Origin: Flectonema sp. DT1601
Taxonomy: Eukaryota
Direction of reading: 5' to 3'
Assembly (NCBI GenBank): GCA_964019425.1
Contig: OZ025782.1
Location: forward strand, 1,426,001 to 1,490,000
DNA length: 64,000 bases
In this document: positions 1 through 12,570 of the stretch, piece by piece
Layout of the letters: every line of letters starts with the position of its first letter
Numbering within the stretch: position 1 is the stretch's first letter
The notes under the pieces: generated by a model
The model's input: the letters and a program-made list of their open reading frames with translations, nothing else
Told to the model about the DNA's origin: nothing
The model's database searches: none
Program-made: the position numbers and the translations under genes

Positions 1-3000
1 TTTTCTCGTGGAAGTCGAGATCAATCAGCAATTCACTGAGATCTCCCGTTACGTGTCCCTCACTTCCGACCTTGTTCGGTGACTTAATCGCTCCAGCTTC
101 AGCGGCAAACTGCACTACTCCTACTCTAACCCCCTGGGTAGGACTGTCTCTGAACATCTTTCCTGGCGTTCCCGAAAGCGGAATACTCTTCACCCAGTCA
201 CGAATCTTCTCAACCATCGCGTAGTATCCATTCGGGTGTCTGCTGAATGCTCCTTGCATCGAAGTCGTGGAGTCAATGGCGATGACAATATCCATCAATG
301 GACATCCTCCGAACTGGCCGGTCACACACTCGTTCTTCGAACCATCCCAGAAACACCCGAGATCCTTGTTGCACGGACACGGCATCGTAATCTTCGTACA
401 GTTCTTATCAATGCATTTGTTCATTGACGAGTCCCAACCGCACTTCAGCTCAGGGTCAGTCGAACAGCTTCCTTGCTCAGTGAACTTGCTACAGTACTTG
501 ACCTTGCAAATCGATGGAGACTCGTCGACTGACCAGTGACACTTGTCATCGTGATTGCACGTCACTTCATCCGCGTGGGTCGCGCATTCACAGCACCACG
601 CGTTAGTTTCGCAAGTCTGTGAATTACAGCGGTCTTTCACGCACAACTTCTCCTCTGCCTTCCATGAACAACTCTCGGCAGTCGCCTGGGTGCACGCCGA
701 TTCATTCGTGTACGTGCAATCCGTTTTAGTGCACACCATATCGTGCGTATCCCACTCACATCCTACTGGATCTGTTGAGCAACTGTCCTCGGACTTGTGG
801 TTGCACTTCTTCTCTTGGCAACTGGAACCATCCCACTGGCAGCCATTCTCCGTGTCCGCAACGCACGGTGTTTCTGTAGCATGCGTAGGGCAAACTGGCT
901 GCCTCGAGCAGGACTTTCCATCCCACCCGCAGAAGTCGTCGGTGGCAGCTGTGCAGTTATTCTCATTACATCCAAACGACAAACATGGAGAGTTAACGCA
1001 TCCAAGAAGAGATTCCGACCACACGCACCACGTGTCAGCCAAGCAAACTCCGGCTGATGCATGCACAGCACACGGCTGGTGCTCCGCTCCTTCACGCTTC
1101 GCGATCAGAGCTCCAAACTTCTTTGCAGGATCACAAATGGCATCAAATACTTCAGTTACCAGATCGTCCAACTTCAAGTTCAAGAAGTGATTGTCAGTTG
1201 GTAGGGACACTATCGGCTTTAGCGCGAACTCTGCGTCGATGTCCTCCTGAGTTCTCGTATTGAGGCGACGAATCACTACTCCAAAGGTCTGAACTGACAA
1301 GGCATCCAATGATCCACGTGCGGCCTTCAACCTGTCCGCATCGTTCAGCTTTCCATCTGTGATCAGGATCAAAACGCGCTTCCTCGTCGAAGGCGAGGCC
1401 CTGAAGATTTCCACCGCGTGCTCAAGGGCTCCCTGAACGAAGGTGCGACCGGCCATTTGATTCTTGTTGTGGTAAACAATGTCCTTCTCCAACTCTGACA
1501 AGCTTCCGGACAAAAGTCCGTTCGCTGTTCCAGCAAAACCAGCCGTCGTTCTCGGCGCCCCAGGAGTCGAGAACTGGACGAACCCAACACGCATGCCCGT
1601 TGCCTTAGTATTTTCCTTCGCCGTGTACGAGTCGCCGTTCAGCGGAAGTTTCTTCACCCAGTCCTTTAGGAACGTGGTGAGCGCCTCGTATCCGTGAGGG
1701 TGGCGTCCAAATGCCTGGCTCATCGATCCCGATCCATCGAACACTATTGCTACATCAAGAGGTGGACAAGCTCCAAACAATGAAGTCACACACTCATCCG
1801 AAGCCGAGCTCCAGAAGCATCCGGACTCTTCTTGGCACTCACACTGTTTTCCGTTGAAACGGTCGCACCTCGATTCCATGCAACTGTCCTGCTGGGAGTC
1901 CCACGCACACGCCACATCTCCATCACAGTCGTTCTGCTGTGTCCAGCGTGCGCAGTAGGTTTCTGTGCAGTATGCCGGTGATGAGTCCACGTTCCAGGTG
2001 CAGGCCACGTTGGTGTGGCACGATGACTCATCCAGGTATTTGGCACAAGGGCGCTCAATACACTTAGCGTTTTCCCACTTACACTGCTTGTCGCCAACGC
2101 AAATATCCATTACTACGTGCTGACACGGCTTCTCACTGCACACCGAGGCAACCTGGTCCCAGGTGCACTCCGTGTCTGCCAGGCAGTCTTGCGAAGTAGT
2201 GTAGCTGCACTTCTTCAACGTACACTTATCCTGAACCCAGTGGCATTCATCCTCTGTGTCACTAATGCATGCCACTTCAGTAATGTGCTTACATGGGCGC
2301 GGCTCGCATCGGTCCTTAGGCCACCAGCATGCGGGGTCCAGTCCACAATCGTTCGAGTTCGTTGCCGCACACACCTTTGTTTTTCCACATGAGTGGTCAT
2401 TGGCGTCGTACTTGCACAACAGATCCTTATCGGCAGAGGTGCACAAATCTTCCGAGCAAAGCTGCAGGCAAGGAGTGTTCGCGCACCTCACCAAACTGTC
2501 ATCCCACTGGCAACCCGAGTCGCGATTGCATTCTGCTGAGTTGTGATGGAAGTCGCACGGAAGGTGTGAGTCGGTAGTCTTTAGGTCTACTAACCACGTT
2601 CCCCATGGGGTACTAGGGTTGCACCACTTCTCGAATACGTTGTCTTGCAATTCATCAATCATATAGTTTGCAAAGTGCGTCTCCTGTGGCTCCGTCACCA
2701 GCGGTTTCAGTGACGACTCTGCCTCCAGGTCACTGGTCTCGTGGAGGTGATGCTTCCTAATTACGATACCGACTGTGTGTATTCCCATGGCGTCCAGTTT
2801 GGACTTTGCGAGTGAGGTCTGGTCAGAGTCTTCAATTTTGCTGTCGATAATCACCATCAGTACCTTCTTCCTTCCATCGTTTGGTGCTTTAGATAGCAAT
2901 CCAGCAGCAATGTCGAATGACTCGGCAAGGAAGGTTCCCTCTCCCATGAAGTTTTTCTCTTGCCAGTCCAAATCCCCAGTCAACTCCGGCAGGTAGCCAG

Positions 3001-6000
3001 ACAGCCTTCCAGCTGCCCTTCCTTTACCTGTCGGTGCTGAAAGCGACGATCCCTTCACTACGCCGTTTACCTTTCTGTTTTCGTTTCCACTGAACTGGAT
3101 GAACGCGATTCTAGTCAGTCCCTTAGCGTAATCAGTTCCGTTGCGATCAGCTCTTCCGTAGTCGTTAGCGAGCGGAAGCAGGAGTGACCAGTCCCGAATC
3201 ATCTCTAGTAGCGCCGCGTATCCGCGCGGGTGACGTCCGAATGACTCTGCCATCGAACGCGATCCGTCGAACAACACTACGATATCCATCGTCGGACACG
3301 CTCCGTAGTGCACGTCTACGCAAACGTTGTCGTGCCAGAAGCACTCCGGGTTGCTGTTGCACGCACAGTGTACCTTATCTGTGTCCGTCGAGTCCTTGGC
3401 ATAGTCCCCGCACTTCTTTTCCGAACACGTCGAGAAGTCCCAGTGGCAAGCCGGTTCGTTGTTGCAACTGGTAGCATCTCCATACCTCGAGCAGAACCTT
3501 TCCTTACATTTTCCAGGGGCCACTGCCGCGTCCCACTCGCACACCAGGTCTTCGTGGCACGTTATCTCGTCCGCGTGCCCGACGCAAGGCTTTTCCTGAC
3601 ACACGTTTGCTGTCGTATTCATCTCACACCACTGTTTGTTGTTCTCGTCTTCAACACAGCAAGTTGAGTTGCTTCCGCATGACACACACCTTCTCGGCTT
3701 ACAGATCAATCCGTGTGTATCCCACTCACAGATCTCACTCATCGTGTTACAGTCATCATTCGTCTTCAGCGTCTTACATGGCTCAGGGCTACAGATCTGC
3801 TGCAGCGAGTCAAACGTACATCCCTCAGGGTCGGCAAGACAAGCATCTTCGTCGTCGTGAACGCACGGCTTCTCAACACATGTATCATTCTTCCACACGC
3901 ACTCATTGTCCTGTTTGCAATCTCCCTCGTTTGCGTGTGCGCACAACTTTGATTTCCAGCATACGCTCTCAGTGGCGTTCCACTCACAGTGGTTGCCCAC
4001 ATCACCATTGCATTGGGTGCTGTTGCAATGCTGGAAGCAAGGAGTGTTTCCGCACACTTGCGCCGAATCTCCCCAGGCACATGCCTTCTCCTGGTTGCAC
4101 ACACCCTTCGAAGGGAACTGATCGCAAGGCACCGCTCCCGATGGAAGCCCGATGCTTCCGCTCCCCGTGCCGGCGACGAACTTACCCCACTTGCTCGCAG
4201 GGTCGCACAGACCTGTTAGCACCTCTGTTGGCACCTCGTCGAGCATCAAACTCAAGAAGTGCTCATCAGCAGGGGCGGAGACCACTGGCTTTAGCGCTGC
4301 CTCTGCGTCGATGTCTTCCTGTGTCCTCGCCGAAAAACGACGCACCGCGATACCAAACACCAACACCTGCTGCTGCTTAAGAGTACTCTTGACTCCAGAG
4401 AGCTTGTCTCCGTCCATCAGTACTCCATCTGTGATAATAATGATGATCTTTCTACGTCCATCAACTGGAGAATCCTGAGCAAACATATTGGAAGCCATGA
4501 CGAGTCCCTCCTCGATGAAGGTTAGTTGCTTCATGTAGTTATCCTCATGCCACTCGATGTCAGCCTGTAGCTGCGTCAGGTCTCCGCTCAAGCGCCCGTT
4601 GGTACCAACACCTGGAGGTGTGCGCTGTGCCGAGTTCACAACTCCGCCGGTAGGTCCAGTGCTTCCAGCTAATCCACTGAACTGGACGAATCCAACACGT
4701 ACTCCTCCACTTGGTACCGACTTCGAACCGACAGTTGAATCCTCACCGCTGAGAGGAAGAGTCTTTACCCAATCGCGGATCATCTCCATCATCGCGTAAA
4801 ATCCGTGTGGGTGGCGACCGAAGCTCTGACTCATTGACCCAGAACCGTCAAGAACAAGAGCCACATCGAGGGTCGGGCATTTACCGTACGCTTGCTCTTC
4901 ACATCTTCCACGTCCACCAGTGTTGCTCCAGAAGCAGGTTGGGTCCTGCTGACAATCGCATCTCTCTGGGATCTTGTGACACGTCTTCTCTACGCACACG
5001 TCGTTCTCCCACAGACATCCGGAGTCCGCTTCGCACATCGGCTGGTCGCTGTATTTGGCACAGCGCTTGAGTTGGCAGCTTCCAGGGGAAGTGCTCGTGT
5101 CCCAGTGGCAGCGGCGATCAGCGTCACACGACTTGTCCTCAGTGTACTCGACGCAAGGGCGCACTGTGCAAGTCTGGTTCGATGTCTGCCAATCACACAA
5201 GGCGTCAACGCGGCATTCTACTTCCGTCGTGTATGCGCACTTTGTCTGCACACAAGTGTTATCTCCTGTCCATTTGCAGCTGTTCTCGGTATCCTGCTGG
5301 CATACATCCTGTGATCGGTAGTTTACGCAAGGCATCACTACACAAGTTGCCGGGTCCTTCCACAAGCACGTCGTCTCGGTGTCCGCCAAACAACTGCCTT
5401 CGGTCGTATGATGGCACCTCTTTTCGCTGCAGTCCGAAGCAGTAGCGTTCCATTCGCAACCCTCTTCCGATTCGCAAGCGACGATGTTGTCCCCTCCGCA
5501 TACTTCCTCGCGGTAGCAGGTCTTCTCCTGGTCGTTCCACCCTCCGACGCATCCGTTTGTCAGGTCGCCGTTACAGGCCGCTTCTGAGCAGTGGACCACG
5601 CAAGGTGAGTTTACGCATCCCAGGAGGGTCTCAGACCACACGCATCCGACGTCGGACATACAGCTGGTCTTGCCTTCGTACTTCCTACATGGCTGGTGTT
5701 CGCCGCCGACAGGCTGTAATGCAAGGGCACTACCCCAACCGGTTGCAGGGTCGCACATCTTTGTGAGCGGGCCGTTTTCGTCGGCTAACTCGTCCATGTC
5801 AACGTTTTTAAAGTGGTCAACGTGTGGGTCCGAGGTGATTGGCTTGAGCACCTCCTCAGCATCGGAATCCAATTGCGTGTGAGTCGCAAAGCGGCGCACT
5901 ACAATACCGAACACTTCGACCTGCTGAGAGCTCAGCTTTGCCTGCGCAGATGCGAGTAGGTTCTTGTCCTGGATCGCTCCATCCGTGATGATGAAGAGCG

Positions 6001-9000
6001 CGCGTTTTCTACCGTCAAGGGGAGAGTCCTGGAAGATTCCGACCGCCATGTCGAGACCAGCTCTGATATACGTACCCTGCCCCATGTAATTCGCCTCGTG
6101 CCATGAAAGGTCCGCCAACAACTCTGTCGCGTCCCCGGACAATCTACCTGCAGTTCCGACGTTGCTTGGCGTTTTGAGAGCTGATCCCGGGATTGGTCCG
6201 GTCACTGGTGACCCACTATCTTGTGGAACTCCACTGAACTGAACGAATGCTACTCTTGTCTTGCGGTTCACAGTCGAAGTCGTTCCTGCCGCCTGGCCGC
6301 TGAGAGGAAGCCCCTGTACCCAGGTCTTCAGCATCTCAACCTCTGCGAAGTAGCCGTGTGGATGGCGTCCAAAAGCCTTGCTCATCGATCCAGATCCGTC
6401 GAACAACACAACGAGGTCGAGGGTTGGACAAGTTCCATAGCGCGTATCCACGCACGCCTGCTCGGATGGAATCCAGAAGCAGTCAGGGTCGTTGTGGCAC
6501 GCACAAGGGTCTGAAGACAACTTTTCGCACACCTTTGTTACGCAAGAGTTGCCTTCAGTTAAACATTTCGCATCCGCGTCACAGGTCGCCTTATTACAAC
6601 CCTTCTTCGTGCAGTGCCTCCTGCAGTACTTCTCATTACAAATACCTGGAGCAATTGAAGTGTCCCACTCGCAAATCACGTCCCCGTTGCACTCCTTCTC
6701 GCTTGAGTACTGCTTACATGGAGCCGTCTCGCACAATTCGCCCCCGGCGATCTGCTTGACCCACTCGCACAATCCTGGAGTCGTTGGCTTCTGCAAGCAA
6801 TCTTCCTTGTTCAAGTAAGGACTGCATTTCTTAAGTTCGCAGTATTTAGCGTCCGTGTTCCACGTGCAGTTCAGGTCCTGCTCGCACGTTGGTATCGTGT
6901 CATACGTGCACGGCCTGTTTCCACAGGTTTGCGCAAGGTTGTTCCACTCACAAGGGTCAGGGTCTGCCAAACATCCTTGTTCGTTGTCATGCTCACACTT
7001 CTTGCCGATGCAAGTCGTACCATCCTTGGCTACCTCACACTTGTCTTCCTTTTCGCAACGCGCCGTCGGAAAGTTGCATACTTCTTCCTTCATGCACGCG
7101 CCTCCCTCCCACAAGCACTGGTTCGGCCAGTCTGCCGTACAGTTAGCCTCCTTGCAGTGCTTCAGACACGGAGAGTCGCCACACGACAGTGTCTCGTCGA
7201 ACCACACGCAGTGAGACTGCTTGTTGCAAGGGTCCTTCTCTGCTACTGTTGGGCAAGGAAGCACCTCATCCGAAACATCAGCGACGTAGCGTCCCCACAC
7301 ATGGCCTGGCTCGCAGATTCCATTCAGTGCCGCAGCCAACTCGTCAACTAGGATGTTCTGGAAATGCGCAGCCCGTGGTGCGGTTACAATTTGCTTCAAA
7401 GTCTCCTCTGCCTTGAGGTCGACGGCCGTGCGTGTTGAAAATGGTCGAATCACTGCTCCAAAGATTCTTACCTGCGCTTGGTCAAGCTCAGCCATCGCCT
7501 GGCCGTACGCGTCCTTGTCGACAAGCTCCCCGTCGGTGACAATGATGAGGACCTTTCTCCTTCCGTCAACTGGGGACGAACGGAATAAGCTCACAGCCTT
7601 CTCAAGCCCAGCTAACAGGTAAGTCTGCTGGGTTGCTGGCTGTGTCACAACGCTTGCCCCGAGGAACGCTTGCATGTGGTACTTTGCATCATCGTTAATC
7701 TCCGCCAAAGAACCGGTCAAACTGCCCGCACTTCCTGTTCCTTTAGGCGAGAAGGTTGCCTGTCTAGCATCACCTGGTAACCACTTGCTGCTTCCCGCGA
7801 ACTGTACCATCGCGAGACGCACGGTCTTCGTGTCAGCCAAAGGTGTTTGTCCAGCGGCATTTTTGCTCAGCGGCAAAGTAGCTGCCCAGTCCTTCACCAC
7901 TTCAACAAGGGCGTAGAATCCATTCGGATGGCGTCCAAATGCTCTGCTCATCGACGCACCTCCGTCCAGAAGGAGCACAACGTCGAGAGTTGGGCAAGTT
8001 CCATAACGTTGGAAGGTACAGTGTGAGTCTGCTGACTTAGCATAGAAGCAGTCGGCATCTCCCTCGCATCGGCACTTGTCCATCTTACCGCAGTCTTTCT
8101 CTATGCACTTGCCCGATTCCCACATGCATTCGTCCTCTCCTTCGCACCCATTTTGATCAAACTTCCTGCAAGGAAGTTGGGCACATACGGCAGGTGATTG
8201 TTGCACGTCCCAGTGACATCCGTCGAATGAGTTACAGCATTTCTCCCCTGGGTACAGCACACATGGCTTGGCTGAGCAACTTCCGCTGTTCCAATCGCAA
8301 CGCGAGTCAGCAGTGCATGCCGTCTCAGCTGTCGCTACACACAGCCTTTCGACACAAGCATCATCGGCGCTACTGCCCGGACACTGGTCCCACTCACAAC
8401 CTGCTGCATTGCAGCTTGACTCATCCGTGTGCTGGCAAGGGGTCAAAACACAATTCTGAGTACCTGTTTCCCACGTGCAGTCGAACTCTGTGTCAGCTAG
8501 ACAGCTGTTTTCGTCCGGGTGCAAGCATGGCTTCTCTCCGCACACAGTTTGGTTCCATGCACACATTGGGTCCTGGTTGCAGTCCTGCAAATTCGTGTGC
8601 GGGCAGATCTCCTTCTTGTAGCAAACTTGCTCCTGCGAGTTCCAATTACAGTGGTTCGATTGGTCATTGTTGCACTCGGTTTCCAGACAGTGGCGAATGC
8701 AAGGTGTGTCCACGCATGCAGTAAGCACTTCCTGGTAAAGGCATCCGGGGTCACTGTCACACTTTGTCTTGTCCACGTAATTCTGACAAGGTTTGTGCAC
8801 ACCGGCTTGGCTCTGATCGACGACGTACTTGCCCCACAAACTGTTTGGATCACACAGTCCATCAAGAGCTTCAGGGATCTCGCTGAGCAAAAGGTTCAGG
8901 TAGTGGTCCACCTGTGGCTGCGACGTGATCGGCTTCAGAGTCTCTTCTGCAAGGAGATCCAACTTTGTATGGGCAAGGAATCTCCTCACCACTATTCCAA

Positions 9001-12000
9001 AGGTGACCACTCCGGCAGTTTCAAGCCTTCCACGAGCAGGTTGCAGGATCTTGTCATCCAGGATAGCCCCATCTGTGAAGATCAATAGCACCTTCTTTCT
9101 CAAGCTGCCCGGAGATTCCTTGAACATGTCCGCCGCAGTGTCTAGCGCTGAAGCAATGTATGTTCCCCCCTGCATGTAGTTCGCCTCCTGCCACGTTAGC
9201 TCAGAGTCGAGCTCTGCCTTCAAACCTGTCAGCCTTCCGCTCGCGCCCACCTGCGCTGGAGATGTCTGTGCACCGTCTACGTTTCCATTTGGCAACTTGT
9301 TTGTAGGGATTCCACTGAACTGGACAAACCCGACACGCGCCTTACCGTCGAGGGACGGAGATCCCCCAGCAGGCACTCCACTCAGCGTCAGTGAACTCGT
9401 CCATGTCTTCAACATCTCCATTAGTCCGTAGAAACCGTGAGGGTGAACTCCGAAGCTCTGACTCATCGATCCTGAGCCGTCGACCAGTAACACAATATCC
9501 AGTGTTGGACACTCTCCAAACTTGGATTCCTTGCAAGTTCCCTTGTCCCAGTAGCAATCCCCGTCTTTGCGGCATCTGCACACTTCGAACTCACCGCAGT
9601 TCTTGTCGACGCAAGTGTCGTTCAGCCACATGCACGCACCGTCCTGGTCACACGATCCCTGCTCCCCATACCTTCTGCAGTACTTCACCTCACAGTCAGT
9701 TCCCCACGTGCACAAATCGTCCTCTCCGCAAGTCTTTTCGTCTGGGTGATGCTTACATGGCTTGAACGTACATGTGTTGTTCTTCCATTCACATGCGTTA
9801 TCGTCCTTCTCCTCGCAATCAACTTGCTGTGTCCAGCGGCACCTAATCGGTTCACACAGATTTGCGTCGTTGTTCCATGTGCACTCAGTGTCGTTGTTGC
9901 AGAATACTGGTTCGAAGTACACGCATGGCTGTTTGTCGCAAGTCTTGCTGATTTCGTCCCACAAGCAAGGCCCCTTAGGATCTGCAAGACATCCTTGTTG
10001 GTTGTCATGGTCGCAGATCTTTCCGATACACGTCTGTCGGTCAACGGGGTCGACTTGGCACTTTTTGTCATTTTCGCAGTCTGTGGTGTCTGCGTGATCG
10101 CAGATTTCCTCCTTACGGCACGCACCTAGAGTCTGGTTCCACACGCAGTGGTTCTCTTGGTCTGCCGTGCAGTTGGTATCCAGACAGTGTGCGAGGCACG
10201 GAGAGTCACCGCACGAAAGCGTGCGGTCAAACCAGACACATCCGTCGTCTTTGTTGCAAGGGTCCTTGCTCGAGTAAAGCGTGCACGCCACGCTCGAATC
10301 CGCGATGAATTTTCCCCACACATGGTTCGGATCGCACAGACCCTTGAGTGCTGATGCCACTTCGTCGATCTGAAGGCTCTGCAGGTGCTGGTCTTTCGGG
10401 TCAGACAAGGCTCCCAATAACGTCTCTTGAGTCTTCACGTCGTCAGCCGATACTGTGCCAAACGGTCTCACTGCTATTCCAAACACGTGTACCTGCGCCT
10501 GATCGAGGGCTGCTCTTGCTGCCGTGTACGAATCCTTGTCATTCAGCTCTCCATCTGACACAATGATCAGAACTCTCTTCCTTCCATCAAACGGAGAGGT
10601 CTGGAATAGGCTTACTGCTTTCTGCAAGGCTCCGAGCAAGTAAGTTTGCCTCACATCCGGTTGAGCTGTCGCACTCGCACCCATGAAGCTTCCTTCGTGG
10701 AAATCAGCGTCTGCCTTCACCTCGCTCAGCACTCCGCTCAGCCTTCCACCAGTTCCCGTTCCGGACGGGGACGACAGGGCTTGTTTTTCGTCACTCGAAG
10801 GCCACTGGGTGCTTCCTGCGAACTGTACCATCGCCAATCTGATGGCCTTGGTCTGCGGCATAGTCGTTGCGCCTGCAGCTTCTCCGCTTAGCGGGAGGGT
10901 TGCTGCCCAGTCCCTTACAACCTCCACCAACGCGTAGAACCCGTGTGGATGACGTCCGAACGCACGGCTCATCGAAGCCCCTCCGTCTAAGAGTAGCACT
11001 ACGTCGAGAGTTGGACACGTAGCGTAACGCTGGAACGTACAGTGCGAACCGCCATTCGCGGTAGTGAAAAAGCAGTCGGGATCAGCGTCGCAATCACACT
11101 TCTCAAACTCCCCGCAATCCTTTTCCAGGCACTTATTGTTTTTCCACATGCACTCCCTCTCAGCATCGCATGCTACGTTGTCATCAAATTTCCTGCATGG
11201 TAGCTGCGCGCATACCGCAGGGGCTTGCTGCACATCCCAGTGACACCCGTCTTTTTGGTTACAGCACTTCTCGTCAGGGTACACCGCGCACAACCTTCTC
11301 GAGCAGCTCTGCTGGCTCCACTTACACAGTACATCCTTAGAACACTCCGTCTCTTCAGCGTGCTGGCAAGGGATAGCTTCGCAGCTGGCGTCTCCACAGG
11401 CTTCGTTCCACTCGCAGCCAGGCTCCTGGTTGCAGTTCGTCTTGTCCACAGCCTGACATGGGGTTTGGGTACACGTTCCGTTCACCGTGTCCCACGTGCA
11501 CTTGAAAGTACTGTCTGCGATACAACTCGATTCATCCGGGTGCAGACAAGGAGTGTCAATGCATTCATTTGTCGTTGCGTTCCACGAACACTTGTCGTTC
11601 TGGTTGCACGCGTTCGAATCAAGGATCCCTGGACACACTTCCTTGTTGAAGCACTCCAGAACTGTCGTGTTCCACCTGCAGTCAGTCGAGTTTGCACATT
11701 GATTTTCGGTGCAGTGCTTAACACACGGAGAGTCCAAGCAAGCGATCAGCACATCCGACCAGATGCATCCCATATCCGCCGAACACGGTATCTTGTTATC
11801 ATAGTTTGGGCAAGGGCGATGTACTCCAGCCTGCTGTGCCTGTGTCGCTGCCTGATCGACGATGAGGTGTCCCCACGGACCATTTGGGTCACAGATTCCA
11901 TTCAGCGCCTGGTCTGGGATCTGGTCGATCAACAGATTCAAGAAGTGGTCGTCGTGTGGATCCGAAGTGATTGGCTTCAGCGAATCCTCTGCCGCAACGT

Positions 12001-12570
12001 CGCTCGCTGTCAGTTGATCTGTTCTCCTGACTACGATACCGAACGTCTGCACATCCATTCCCTCAAGGTCTTTTACTACCTGCGCAAGCTTGTCGTCGTC
12101 TTGAATCTTTCCGTCGGTGATGATGATTAACACTCTCTTTCTTCCATCGACAGGCGATGAGGTCTTGAATATGCTACCAGCGCGCACCATTGCCTTCTCG
12201 ATGTACGTTCCGGCTTCGAGGTAGTTTGCTTCATGCCAGTCGACATCATCTGACAGCTCTGAAAGATCTCCCGTCAAGCGCCCGCCGGCACCGACTCCCA
12301 CTGGCGGGAACGCAACCGAGTTTACGATGTTCGATGAAGGGACTAAGAACTCTGGGTGTCCAGAGAACTGTACAAGCGCCACTCGGAGCTTCTCTGTTCC
12401 TGCAGCCGAGTTTATTCCGACAACCGCCTTTTCCCCGCTGAGCGGTAGGGTCTTCACCCAATCGCGCACCATCTCCATCAGCGCGTAGAACCCGTGTGGA
12501 TGGCGTCCAAAGTTGCGTGACATCGAACCAGATCCATCAAGGATCATTACCACGTCGAGTGTCGGGCACT
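1..12570 (-). repeat. Nine tandem ~1.5-kb coding units (Cys-rich repeats + VWA domain) in the giant ORF
   Basis: MIDAS Asp codons at about 272, 1736, 3266, 4847, 6398, 7964, 9479, 10985 and 12536. Recurrent motifs CP(T/P)LDVxxxxDGSGSM, FGRHPHGF, QFSG, IITDG and LKPITSDPHDDHF. Confidence 0.9.
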
